From NCBI GenBank assembly GCA_977017645.1, contig OZ360220.1, positions 262,136,001-262,200,000 on the forward strand: a stretch of DNA of 64,000 bases, read 5' to 3'. Numbering within the stretch: position 1 is the stretch's first letter; each line of letters begins with the position of its first letter. The notes below the pieces were generated by a model that was given only the letters and a program-made list of their open reading frames with translations, searched no databases and had not been told where the DNA came from. The stretch is from Torpedo marmorata. Taxonomy: Eukaryota. Of this stretch, positions 40,181-53,035 are shown one piece after another. Made by a program: the position numbers and the translations under genes.

Positions 40181-40969
40181 GTTCTCCTGTGTTGTCATCT
40201 ATATGAAGTAGATATAAGATGGTTGAATGTGTGATTGTTGATGTGGAGCTGTGTACCACTTCAGTGCTGGGAAGGGTGGGGTCTGGGCTGCATCTTGCTT
40301 TGTTTGTGCTTAGGTATGTCATCCATCTTTTGGCAGTCCTATGATGGATCATATTTATGGGAAAGCATCCTGGTTATCATGAGATTGCTGACTTAAAAGA
40401 GAGAGAGAGCACTGAAGAGTTGACACCACACAGCCTGTGACTAGCAGCCATTCAGGGATCACTGAGTGATGGAAACGTGTAATTCTTGATTCAAGTCTTC
40501 CCCACTCCCTCCCCCCTCTTATCACCTCTCCATTTCATGATCATGTACCTTTTTTTGGTCAGGCTCCTACAATTCTGTCTCTGTGATGTTCTCTACTTCG
40601 TTCCTCTGCCCCCAGATGGAGCTGATTGGTTTTCCTTCACTAACTGCAGAGGTGAAGAAATCTCTATGAATGTATTCATTTGTGATACCTTTCTGTAATG
40701 CTTGTTATTATTGCAGAGGCTGTCTCATGTACTGCCTAAAGAAAGTTGCAGAAGAATTTCTTGGCCAAGGTTTCAGCATTCCATGGTTCTTATTAAGCAT
40801 TGGTTTCAGATGTATTGATCATAAATAAGGAAATTTAAAATCAGAAAATGGGGGACAAATGAGCAAATACAATTTATTTTGTGATAACTTTGCCACGCCA
40901 ACTGATTTTCATTGATAATGATCTCACCTGGATGGTTTCTCTCTAATGACAACCAATATCAACCATTGC

Positions 40970-41095
40970 ACGTATTGCAATATAAATAACATTATATATA
41001 ATAATTATATATAATGTTATATAAATAATACTATATAAAATAATAATATATTGCAATATAAATATAATGTATTGCAATATAAATAAAAATATATC
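40970..41095. repeat. AT-rich low-complexity repeat of (attgc)aatataaata units
   Basis: Repeated tattgcaatataaata / tatataaataat motifs. Confidence 0.7.
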
Positions 41096-41128
41096 CAGTC
41101 TAATGGAATTCCATTAGTTATGATGACA

Positions 41129-41193
41129 GATGTACTGAAACTGCTGTTGTATCTCAAATTAATGGGAATGTGAGATAATCGGACCTCGGTTAA
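41129..41193 (+). repeat. Second copy of the 65-bp sequence at 36593-36657
   Basis: 62/65 identical; preceded by the 18-bp palindrome ctaatggaattccattag (41100-41117). Confidence 0.9.
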
Positions 41194-42354
41194 TAGAGTA
41201 CATCTCCCTGTTTTATTAATTATAAGTGTTTGAATCTTTCTTATCCATTTGTAATGTGTTAACTGGTCTTACACTAAAAGAAATCACATTACAGCAATAA
41301 GTTTGAAAATGCTGCTGCAGCATTTGAAAATGTTACAGATTTTACTTTTGATGTGTGTTTATTTACCAAAGGCAGAATCATGAGGATTCTTTGAAGAAAG
41401 CATTTGCTGTGCAACGTTCTTCCAATGACTTCTTTCTCCCCATCACTTCCCCACTCCCTCCCAATCCGACCTTCTTGTCCTATGAACTTCTATTTTTATT
41501 CTAGTTACTGATGAGCTGCTCATTTACTTAGACCAGTAGAAATCCATGTTGTTTCAGTTTTTTCATTTCATTTGGAAGCTGCACTTATTTAAATTATCAG
41601 CAAAAAATAAAAATAAAAACAAACGAAAAAAGATTTTCATCACTAATCAGTTTGGCTCCCAAACTATGTGTAACACTGAAAATTGGTGCTCTTTTTTTGT
41701 GGATGTGCTTCTGGGATGTATTGGTTAAGTTACATGTTCTCTCAGTGAATGTACTGTGGAGCTGTTGATAGCTACAGAGCAGTTCTTTGGAACAAAAATA
41801 TTCCTGGCAGCCGTAGGATTAATGGAATGTGGAGAAAGGATGTGAACATTTTGCATTGAAAGTGCACCTGTGTAATACTTTCTATAAGTGATCTATGAAA
41901 TAAAAATAAAATTTTGTTCAAGTAATTTAATCCCACACAGATGATCAACGTCAGTGTGATTTTTAATAAAAGGAATACTTGAAATATATAACATTTGTTC
42001 TTTGATTGTACTTGCAGGAGGCTAGATCGAAAATTAGAAAAGTTATGGCTAATTCTATTTTTATGTGATGAAATTTGTGTGGAGACAAGAAATTGATGAT
42101 TCTGCCATCTTGTGTAGAGCAGAATTAGTTGAAATTGGCATTTGAAATTATGTTCCTTTATATACACATTAAGTATCAGAATGGTTTAGAGTTGTGCATT
42201 GCACTCACGCAGTTACTCATAGTAGCTGTGGGCCTGACAGAGCATCTCGTCCTGATTCATTCGTTCTCCCTTAAGATATTAACAGTGCCTTAAGATTATC
42301 TCTCCTACAGCTTTATTTACTATAACTGGAGGTGCCAGAACATGTCTTCTGCTG

Positions 42355-43740
42355 AGAAACACAAAAACTGTAGATGCTGGAATCTTGAGCAGGACTTCAG
42401 CAGGTCAGGCACCATCCATGGGTAGAAATAGTCGGTCAACTTCTCAGGTCGGGACACTTTGTTAAAACTAAAGTAGGAAGGGGTGATATCAAGGATATCG
42501 GGGAGGGGGAAGGAGGGGAGAAGCTGAGGAGGGAATAAGAGTATCGGATCGAAGGTGGGAGAGATCAGGGAAGGACGGGAGGTTAGAGAGAGAAAAGCAG
42601 GAACTAGAGTAGGTAAAGAAGAGATGGAAACAGTAGAACCAGATGGAGGTGGATATTACCTAAAATAAAAAAAGTCAATGTTCAAGCTGTTGGGTTCACC
42701 TCAGCAATGGATGAGGCCGAAGACAGACATGTCTGTGGCAATGCCGAGGGGAAATAAAATGGGACAATTTGGAGTTCTAGCTTGGACCAACAGACAGCAC
42801 AGGTGTTTTTCGGCTGTTACAAATTCAAACCAGCAATGACAGAAGACGCAATGCAAAAGGGGTAAAATTGAAATTTATATTTATTAAAGACAATTAAACA
42901 TATAATTTCTTTACAATTAACCCCACTATAAACGTCTATAATCACTATTCTTATCTAAAGTGTGTGTGTGTAAAGCCCAGACCGTTACAACCCGTGCCCA
43001 ACCCTCATGTAAAAATGGAAAACCTTCCCCAAAACCCCAGGTCAGTCATAAAAATAAGTAAGTCCCAAAAATACAGTCCACAAAAATCACTCTCTATGTT
43101 CAGGGTCCAAATTCAGCTCTGTGCGCTGGCACGAAGGACTTCTTAATGAACGTTGGAGAGAGAGACAATGACTGTTTAAGCTTACGAATGCTTGGCCTGC
43201 TTTTCTTCCCTGGTGACTTTCCCTTTTGGTAGGTGCACAAGGATTGCGGTTCCAAATCAGTATACCACTGATTGAGGCGTGTACTTGGATCTCACAGCCT
43301 GTCTCGCTGATCTCATGCCTGTTCTCCACAAAAGTTGCTTTATCTCAGGATTTTGCTGATACAGGAGGCCATGTGCTATTCTCCCAGCCTTTCTCACTGG
43401 AATGCACAAGCCTGGTTTTGGTGTGGTTGCTTCAGCCTTTTTCAACTCCAAACTGAATGCTTTTTGCAGAGGTTTGCACCTGCTTTTGCAAAAGTGCAAC
43501 AAAGTATCTTTCCACAGCCTGTCTCCCTCTCTATGTGTCTCTCTCTCTGAGCACAGCCAGTCCTGGGCAAGTTAACTCCTTCAGTACCTAGTCCCAGTGT
43601 GTACTCAAAACTTCATCCTTCCTGCTGACCGTCCGCAGTCCAAATGGTCAGTCATGGTCCATAACACGGCAAAGTTGTCACCCAATCTGCATTTGGTCTC
43701 ACTGATGCAGAGGAGGCCACACTGAGTACATCCATTGCCA
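42355..43740 (-). mobile_element. Penelope-like 3' remnant (GIY-YIG end + pLTR), interrupted by a solo LTR
   Basis: Removing the LTR gives minus-strand CTQCGLLCISETKCRLGDNFAE; tail aaacacaaaaactgtagatgctggaatcttgagc. An inverted plus-strand piece (KLEEQH) follows at ~43735-43810. Confidence 0.7.
42815..43666 (-). mobile_element. Solo LTR (852 bp) with 4-bp TSD
   Basis: Termini TGTTA...TAACA; TSD CGGC at 42811-14 and 43667-70; minus-strand AATAAA at ~42881. Confidence 0.85.
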
Positions 43741-43810
43741 GGGTGAGGCTAAAGGTAAACTTGAGGAACAGCACATTAAATTCCTCATGGACAGCCTTAA
43801 ATTCAATGAC

Positions 43811-44086
43811 AATAGCAAATACCAGAGGGCATCTGTTTGAGATGAGTGGAGGAAAGTTTAGGGAGATGTCAGAGGTAAGTTGTTTACACAGAGATTGGTG
43901 GGTGCCTGGAATGCATTGGCAGGGGTGGTGGTGGAGGCTGGTACAATAGGGACATCCAAAAGACTAAGATTGGCACATGGGATGTAAGAAAAATAGAGGG
44001 TTATGGGTGTGAATAGGAAGTAGCTTACATAGGTTGACACAGCATTGTGAGCTGAAGGGCCTGTGCTGTGCTGTAATGTTCGATGT
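43811..44086 (+). mobile_element. CR1 3' end
   Basis: accagagggcat..tttagggga..gtgcctggaatgcattg..gctgaagggcctgtgctgtgctgtaatgtt. Confidence 0.7.
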
Positions 44087-44329
44087 TGACATGAACATTG
44101 ATTTTTCTCATTTTAACTCGCCCCCCCACATCAATCTGTTTCTATTTCATCTTTACCTACTCGTATAGCTCAGTTTACAAATATAAACTCCCATCAGGTT
44201 GCTGAAGTGGTGGTTTGAAATAATGCAGGAAAGAAAGGAAACGAATCTGAGTGCACGCAGGAGTAACAGGATAGCCCTGCAAGCAAAAGAAACTGAAGGA
44301 CTAGAATAAATTCCATTAAGAACTGAGGG

Positions 44330-44640
44330 GAAGGTCAGTTATAAAGGATGAATTCTCACCTTTAATTCCTTGTAATCTAATCTTCTGCACCATCTTATCA
44401 AGCAGAACCTTGTAGACAATGTCCACTGCCCTGCCTTCGTCAGTCTTCGTGGTCATCTCTTCAAAAAAACTCAATCAAATTTTTGAGACATGATTTCTTC
44501 AGGCACAAAGCCATGCTTTCCATCCCGATTCTGTCCTTACCTTTCCAAATGCTCTATGTACTCTGTGAGAATCCTTTCTACTAACTTTCTTGCCACTGAT
44601 GTTAGTCTTACTGACCTGTTATTCTCTGAGTTGACCTTGC
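44330..44640 (-). mobile_element. CR1 RT fragment
   Basis: tcttcaaaaaaactcaatcaaatttttgagacatgattt (minus-strand KSCL.NLIEFFE). Confidence 0.6.
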
Positions 44641-45143
44641 ACTATTCTGTTTTTTCATGCCATCACTTTCCCTCTCTTCATTGTGACTTTTAGTGATGAG
44701 CAAGGAAATTTTAGATGAGCAAAGAAATATGAAACCTCGTTACCCATTCTTAGAAATGATTATAATATTAAATGCGTACAGCACAGGATTAAATTTGAAA
44801 TAACGTTTACTATATTAAAGTAGTGACTACCTTTATTTAGAGTTAAAAGTACTTTGGAGCATCCCAAGGTTGTGAAATGTAGTAGTTAAACACATGTTTT
44901 TCTGTATTACAATATTTGAACCCAAGAATGAAAACAAAAATGGAAGTAGCAAAGTTCCTTTTTCAGACACATGCTTAAAGTTAGGCCTTTTTGACACTTC
45001 ACTGGAGTATATTCCATTAAGTTACGAATTTCAATTATCTCATGGAAAACCCTCAGATTTCTGAAAATATTACCTCCTTTAATCTGGTTAAACGTTGATG
45101 CAATTTAAGGAAGTTAGGCAAGACATGCTCCTGAAATGTTGTA

Positions 45144-45541
45144 CAGATATACCCCGCTTTACGAATACTCGCTTTACACAGATTCGCTTTTATGAAGAAA
45201 CCTGTGTTTGCTTTTACGAAAGGATTTTCACTTTTACGAAAAAGCGGCCGGTGGGGCTGTCAGCGCGCGGCTGGCAGGGCTGTCACAGGGCGGCCAGTGG
45301 GGCAGTCAAAACTCGCTGTCTTTATATAGGCTGTATATTTATCGTATCATTCCTGCTTTTACTATATGTTAGTGTTATTTTAGGTTTTATGTGTTATTTG
45401 GTGGGTTATTTTTTGGGTCTGGGAACGCTCAAAATTTTTTTCCCATAGAAATCAATGGTAATCTCTTCTTTGCTTTACGCCATTTTGGCTTACGAAAGGT
45501 TCCGTAGGAACGCTCTAGTTTCGTAAAGTGGGGTATACCTA
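45144..45541. mobile_element. Tigger-like MITE (398 bp)
   Basis: TIR CAGATATACCCCGCTTTACGAA / TTCGTAAAGTGGGGTATACCTA; TA at 45142-43 and 45542-43; subterminal CTTTACGAA-like repeats. Confidence 0.85.
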
Positions 45542-46191
45542 TAATTTGGTGTTTTGTTTTAACCATTCTCACTTTTTTTGCACCTGCAAGGCCTCTAGCA
45601 AGCCAGTGGATACTGCAGGAAGATGCACAAAGAAACTGTAAATTAGTTATTGTTTAAGAAAATGACGGCATTGAGAGCTTTCTTAAGAGGCTTGTAATAT
45701 TTGTATAATGTGATTTTTCAGTTAACGTTGTTATTGATGTATTTTCTTTTTAAGTATGAGAGAACTCTTTGAAATACTCAAATTAAAAAATAGATCTAAT
45801 ATTGAGTTTTACAAGATATGCAAACGACTGCAAAAATAAAATCACATCCAATGTTCAGTAAACTATTGTTTTAGAGTTTTCAATTTTGTTATCATTGTAG
45901 AAGTGCTTCAATTACTGTATTGAGTTCCCTGCCACCACCACACAAAATTAAATGGCACAAATGTTGATTAAAATATCTTTCTTTACTTTGCCTCTCACAA
46001 AACAGTCAGGCTTTCAAGACAAGTGCTTCAAGATTCTCTATTGATAGTGTTGATTTAAAAATTAAGTTGTTTGAATTGGAAGTATTCTCATAAGTAATGT
46101 CAGGTTTAGAAATAATAGTTGCCATGATTTTGAGTATAGAGAGGTGTTGCCACTCACCACTGTTCTCAAAATTGATCAGTAGTCCATACAT

Positions 46192-48930
46192 CAGAGTTTT
46201 ATAGCACAAAACAGGCCCACAGGCCCAGCTTGTCCATGCCAATCAATGTGCCTTCCTGCTTTCTTCCCACTTGCCCACACCCCTCCAATATCCAAGTGTT
46301 TATTAAAGGAAGTTAACACGCATGTCTCTACCACTTTGTGTGGCATGTGTCCACCATCCTCTGAGTGAAGAACCATCCCCATACCTTATAATTATGCCCT
46401 CTTATCAGATTCTCCTACTGTAGGAAACAGGCTGTCACTATTCACCTTATCTGAATAATGACAGATTGTTTCCTACATTAGGGGAATTTAAGGTGAGTGG
46501 GCATAACTCCAACATGATGTCCCAACACTTGTATTCAGTGCCCCTACCTATGAAGGCAAGCATCCCAACACTATCTTCACTTTGTGCATCTGTGCTGCCA
46601 TCTTTAAAAACAATGTACCTGCACCCCTAGGTCCCTCTGCTCTATAACATTCTTTAGGGCACTGCCATTAACAGAGTAAGTCCTGTTCTGGTTTGATTTA
46701 TCCTAATGTAGCACCTTGCACTTCTCAGAGTTGAACTCCATCTGCCATTTGGTCTAGATCCTGTTATAAATCCAGATAACCTGCCTCACTATCCACTGTT
46801 GTACATATTTTCATGTAATCAGTAAACTTACCTTGCCACAAACATCCTTGTCCAAATTATTTATGTATATTACAATGAGGCACTCCACTGGTCACGATCC
46901 TCCAGTCTGGAAAAACTGCCCTCTACAACCACTCTCAGATTCCTATCACGGAAACAATATTTTTCATACAGTTGGCCTCCTATTCCATGTGTCCTAACCT
47001 TCTACTACTGTGTGAGACCTTATCAAATACTTTACTAAAATACATATACTGTAGCATCAACTGCCTTGCCCTCGTCTACCCTCTTTATCACCTCTTCGAA
47101 ATAATTCTTGAAGGTTTGTGAGACATGATTTCACACGTGTCAAACCAAGCTGGCTATTCTTAATTTTCCATTGGCTATCCAAATGTTGATAGATTCTATC
47201 TCTCAGAATCCTCTCCAGCAGTTTCCTTTGCACTGATGGCAGACTAATAGATCTGCAGTTACTCTGATTATCCTTACAATCCTTTTTAAATAACAGCACC
47301 ACATTTCCCATTCTCTAGTTCTCAGCGATGAGTTAAAAATGTCTGTCAAGACCCGAACAATTTTTTTCCTGCCTTCTCACAATGTTCTGGGATGCACCTA
47401 GTCTGGATCCAGAGATTGATACAATCTCGGAATGCTACCACCACTTTACTACTGATGCAGACATGCCCCAGGTTAACTTTAGTTTCCTGCCTTGCCTCTC
47501 AATCTTGCTTATCCTGCTCCACAATAAACACAGTCACAAAATATTAAATTAAGATCTTGCCCATCTCCTCTGGCTCTGCACATAGATGCCCCTCCTAATC
47601 CTTAAGAGGACCTATTCTTTCCTTCATGGCTCTATTGTTCTTAATATACAAAATCCTTTTGGATTCTCCCTTACCCTGTCTGCCAAAGCCATCTCAAAGC
47701 TTCTTTTAGCCCTCCTTATTTCCCTCTTCACTCTGCTCCTACATTCCTTGTGCACCTCAAGGGATTCCCTCATACCTGTCTGCCTGTATCTGATATTTGC
47801 CTCCTTTTTCTTTCTGATCTGTGCCACTATATCTTTTATTAACCAGGGTTCCTTTTCCTTGCCATTCCTGTCCTTTATCTTACTAGGAACATGTTTGTCC
47901 TGGGCCTTCCTTATCACACTCTTAAATGCCTCTCATTTGGCAATTGTGTTTTTATCCTCTAAATTTACATCCTGTCAACTATTTAAATTTAGACATACAG
48001 CATGGTAACAGGCCATTTCGGCCCATGAGCCTGTGCCGCCCAATTATACCCAATTGACCTACATCCCTCGGTACGTTTTGAACAGTGGGAGGAAACCGGA
48101 GCACACGGGGAAAACCCATGCAGACACGGGGAGAACATACAAACTCCTTACAGACAGCGCGGGATTCGAACCCCGGTCCCGATCGCTGGCGCTATAACAG
48201 CATTGCGCTAACCGTGCTGCCCTCATCACGTCAAAATTGCAAACTTATCATGTCAAAATTAGTTTTGCCCCAGTTTAGGAAACTAACTTGAGGACCAATG
48301 TTATCCTTTTTCATAACTATTTTAAGGTTAATAGAATTGCGGTCACTGGTCCCAAGTGTACCCCTACGGATACCTCAGTTACCTAACCAGTTTCATTACC
48401 CAGTTCAAGGTCCAATATTGCCCCTTCCTGGGTATTGCTGTAGAAAGTTCTCCTGGACACACTGAACAAAGCTCACTCTAATACTTTGGCATTCCAAAGC
48501 AATGTTGGGGAAGCAGAATCACCTGCAATAACATCTTTGCTATTTTTACAGACATCAGTAATTTCTCTACATATTTGATCCTCTTGCTCCTGATGACTCT
48601 TTGTTAGTCTATATGATACACCTATCATGGTAACTGTTCCTTTTCAGTTCCTGATTTCCACCCATAATGTATCACACGTTAGTTGTGTGGCAATATCCTC
48701 TCTAAAGACTATTGTGATATCTTCTTTGACTAATGTTGCAACCCCCCCACACACAGCTCTCTTGCCGCTGTTCCTTTCACACCTGTAAGTATGATACCCT
48801 GGAGCATTCAGCTGCCAGTCCTGGTCCTTCTTCAACTACAGTACATCTCCGTAATGGCTATAATGTCCCATTGTTCTGTACCTTTCTGTGCCCTAAGCTC
48901 GTCAGGCTTCTTTCGTTAAAATAAACACTT
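46192..48930 (-). mobile_element. Degenerate CR1 LINE (endonuclease to 3' end)
   Basis: DQDWQLNAPGY..LWVEIRN, REIRRAKRSFEMALADRVRENPKGF, NVVLLFKK..NCRSISL..KSCLTNL. Confidence 0.8.
47981..48222 (-). mobile_element. V-SINE nested in CR1
   Basis: Reverse complement of the 9661/55452 family; B box gggttcgaatccc. Confidence 0.85.
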
Positions 48931-49184
48931 CTGCTCAGAAGTGATCAGAAATTTCAGAGAGCCCAGGCATACACGAGCAGTGTACTTGAGCTGGCTGGGC
49001 GATCCGGTCCTGGAGGGTTTCCATGATCTCCATGTACAGGGAATATGCAGCCTGCTGGCACAATTCTTCAGCCGATGCACATTGATGCAGTTCTTTTTGA
49101 GGTAATCTCTTGCCTCCCAATCCTGTCATTGCAGCACCCATTCATTTAGTAGCAGTGCTCCCTGGTAGCTGACAGCCTGTTGTT

Positions 49185-49385
49185 ATAAAAATGGAAAATG
49201 CTGAAATACTAGGCGGGCCATGCAGCATTCGTGAAAAGAGAAAGAGTTAACAATAAGCGTCGTAGTCTGCTGAAAGATCTCTAACCTAAAACATGAACTA
49301 TTTTTCCACAGATCCTGCCTGAGCTGTGGCATGTTTTTGACATTTTTCATGTTTTTTATTTAATAATTTCAGCATCTATTTTTTC
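49185..49385. mobile_element. Old fold-back Penelope-derived mini element
   Basis: Inverted tails aaaatgctgaaatact.. / ..ttttccacagatcctgcctgagc..tttcagcatc around ctgctgaaagatctctaacctaaaacatg. Confidence 0.45.
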
Positions 49386-52190
49386 TTAATTTTCTAAATT
49401 TGTTTGCATTTTGTTATGTCTCTCGTGCCAACTTCAGTTGGCTTAACTGCTGTGCAACCTGCTGAATACTGCTAGAATTTGCTGAGAAGTATGGTGTTAC
49501 ACACAGAAACCTGTCAATGCTGCTTTATAAACCTCAGATTGAAGTTCTTTTTGCATTTTCATGAGTACTAGGGTGACCCACAGCACTGCTTTTATGTGAG
49601 CAATTTCTATGGCTTTATAGTTTTTTGACAGTCCAAGCATATCATTTTTAAGGCCAAAGTTTTTGTGAAAAATATTTATCTGTTTTTTTGAGGGCATTTT
49701 ACAGTAAGTGTATTCTCATTAGATTAATTATTTTCCTTGAATATGCTAGAGGAGGTGCAAAACTGCACAGCCAGTGTAAATCACAGAGTTGAGTTTCACT
49801 GTCATCATGTGTGTACTGCAGATGTTGATCATAGTTTCAGGATATAATGATACCAAAATAATGATAGATTTGCTATTATTACAATGCAAAATTCTGGCTC
49901 ATTTTTAAAAGTACTATCGCATTCTGGTTTGATTTTGAAATGTTCAGGAGGAGTGATGACATTTCGTCATTTTAAATACTGTTCTAAATAACACAAAAAT
50001 CATAAAAACATCCGGGAAGCGAATCTTATCCTCCATGTTTTTTTTTACTCTGTCTTGAAATGTGTGTTTTTCATGGAATCCTGAGTCTGTTTGCTAAGCA
50101 TCTCAAATGCTACCTCAATCTGTTCAGCTACCAACGAGTTGACTAACAGTATGGTCCCTGTGGAATTAGAGGAGGAAGTAGTGGCAGATGAATTTACCAA
50201 CTGTGTAGGTGGTAGATGAGAAGAGCTTTATTACTTACTTACAGTAAAAACATTTGCAGAGCATGGTGGCAGTAGGTGCCTCCAGTTAGTTTGAATGTAT
50301 GCATGGGGGGATTCATCTCTTGTGTTACGAAAGATGTTGCCTTGTGTACCCTGTGGTATACTAACAACCATAGTATATTGTGATGTGTGCTTTGTTATTT
50401 GGAAATGAGTGAGTCACCATTCCTGTAGATCTCCGAGGAAAGGATAATTGTGAATGGCTAACCCTCCCATCCTCTTCGGTTGCTCCTTCCCTAGCATTGC
50501 CCCTCCCCCTCCCCACCACCAGCACAAATTCATGATTGGGTAACAATAGGCAGTATGGCTTTTAAGTAACATTTTTTCAAAATTAGATGAATGGAGTCAC
50601 AAATACAGGATTCAGAAATAAAAAGCAGCCAAGCTACAAAATAGAGCAATAAAATTCCTTTAAAATTTCTAAATGATCAATACCATAAAATGATTAAAAA
50701 CTATTATTTGTGACGATGCTACTTGAAGGATTATCAAAGTGGGTCACTCTCAACTAACTTTAACCATGAAATTATACAGAAAAGTAACCATCTTCGTTTG
50801 AGTGAATTCAGATATTAATTGATACAAGAATAGGTGTCTTTCATTATACAGTAGATACTCAAACTATGTGGAAGTATGGCTTTCAAAACATTTGGTATCC
50901 TACAAAGCATACTGCTTGCAGATGCTGCATTACTGTAAATCCATTTGAAACCTTTTTCCAAAAGTGTTTTGAACAATATACTGCTAATGTTGTCTGAAAG
51001 ATTTGGTGAAAATAATTTCAAAAGAAAATATGAAACTGATTTCTAACCATGATGTTAAAAACTTGGGTTAAAGGTGGTTGCTGCAACAGTAATGTTATGA
51101 CAGCTGTTCGGACAGAGGGGCTTTTGCAAGGAAGTAAGAGTATGTTCATAAATAGACCCTCGTTTGCATGCTGGAAAACTGTCACATTCACACAATTAAC
51201 AGGTATTTTTTTTTAAAACCACTATGAATAGAAGTTGAATAACAATTATTTCAAAACATTAATAGTGTTCAAGTAAGGGGAGAGCATAAATATGAACAGC
51301 AATTTAATTTTGTTAGATTTTTTTTGCGTAGTGTATTTTGCCAAGCAAAATTTCCAACCAATGTAAATTAATCCAAAACCGCTAAAAAAAATTAACTTTC
51401 AACAAAAGTTACAAGTCGCAGTCATTAATTAAAATGTTTTTAAACTATCACAGTCATGTTGAATTGGTTAGCACTCAATATTATGAGGAATCTTTTCTGA
51501 TACAGTAGTCACTATTGGTCCCAGATAGCACTAATTCTGGATCCCAAAAGCATTCAAGCGGCTAAGCTGAGAATTTTCTCTCAAAAATGAATGAGGTATT
51601 TGAAAGGTGCAAGATCTTGTGACTCAAGTGGCTGGACTGATAAAATGTGAGGTATTGGGGAACTGATGTTTTCACAATGAGCAAGGTGCATACGTGGATA
51701 GAGGCTTATTACTTGGGCGAATTTGTATTCTGTACTCTGCATCTACAGTTTAACTTTGGTGGGCTGTGTTGGTTTAGTCAGCCATAGAGATGAATATTTT
51801 TCTATAGCTTACAGGTGTTTCAAAATTATTTGAAGTTTTATTTGAGAACAAATTCATAAAGCTTTGCTAAATTAAAGACAAATGGATAAACCTTATAGTT
51901 GTGTAATAGTGTAAAATAGATAACAATTGACCAGCAACCTGTATCCTGATTTTAAAAAAAAAATTCATTCATTTTAAGTTAGCAACTTTTTAAATTAGAT
52001 TCCTGGCTCTGAATCTCACCTATGTGTTGTGCAAAGTAATTATCATTTAGCCACTCCAGAGTGATCAGGGAGAATTTTAACCTCCAATAATATGGGTAAA
52101 TAGTTGAAATACATGATTTTTTAAATATCTTAATATTTTAACAGCACCATTCGCCTGAATACGACTGGGATTGTCTGATCTCGGAAGCTA

Positions 52191-53035
52191 CCGTATATTT
52201 CGGCGTATAAGTCGACCCTTGAAACCCTCAAAAATGTCTCCAAAAACGGGGGTCGACTTATACGCCGGATATACTTTTGAGACCTTAAAATCAGCTCAAA
52301 ATCGAGTTCACGCCGATTTGGCGTATAAGTCGACCCCTGAAAACACGATTCGGCGTATAAATCGACCCCTGAAAACACGATTCGGCGTATAGGTCGACCC
52401 TGGAAGCGCATCCCCACCGCCGGCGCCGCCGCTCCCCGACACCTCCCCACCGCCAGGCGCCGCCATAAACCACCCAGACATTCTACAATTGCAGAGCCCG
52501 AGGTCCCCGCTCCTACCCGGGAGAACGAGCTCCCCACTCCTACCCGGAAGAACGAGCTCCCCGCTCGTACCCGGGAGAACGAGCTCCCCGCTCCTGCTCG
52601 GAAGAAAGACGTCCCCGCTCCTGCTCGGGGGAATGAGCTCCCCGCTACTACCCGGGAGAACGAGCTCCCCGCTCCTGCTCGGGAGAACGAGCTCCCCGCT
52701 CCTGCTCGGGAGAAAGACGTCGCCGCACCTGCATCTTCCCGGCCAGAAGCAAAGGTTTTTTTTAAACTGTTTTTTTTACTTACCGGTACTTGCTTAATTT
52801 ACAGCTTTGTTACTTGGCGATTGGGATGTTGTATCAAATTTTGGGTTGTTGCTGGGAGGCCCAGACAGCCTGAAAATTGGGGGTCGACTTATACGCCGGT
52901 CAATGCGCAACATCTCAGGCATCGCGATTTTTGGGGGTCGACTTATACGCCGGATATACCATAAAACCATTAAAATGAGGCTGAAAAAGGGGGGTCGACT
53001 TATCTGCCGGTCGACTTATATGCCGAAATATACGG
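52191..53035 (-). mobile_element. Non-autonomous derivative (MITE, 845 bp) of the pogo element at 11646-13332
   Basis: Same TIRs and subterminal sequence in reverse orientation; TA TSD at 52189-90 and 53036-37; transposase replaced by a GC-rich interior. Confidence 0.92.
52504..52720. repeat. 8 x 27-bp GC-rich minisatellite inside the MITE
   Basis: Unit tccccgctcctacccgggagaacgagc starting at 52504, 52531, 52558 and onward. Confidence 0.9.

Noticed and set aside
41118-41210. C/D box snoRNA (ATGATGA at 41120)
   Set aside because: No terminal CTGA D box or terminal stem at a suitable distance, and the C box is absent from the other copy.
52311-52797. Repeat array and 102-aa PLLPGRTSS ORF as a CRISPR array or a gene
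   Set aside because: Tandem minisatellite inside a MITE; the ORF follows from the 27-bp period; no spacers.
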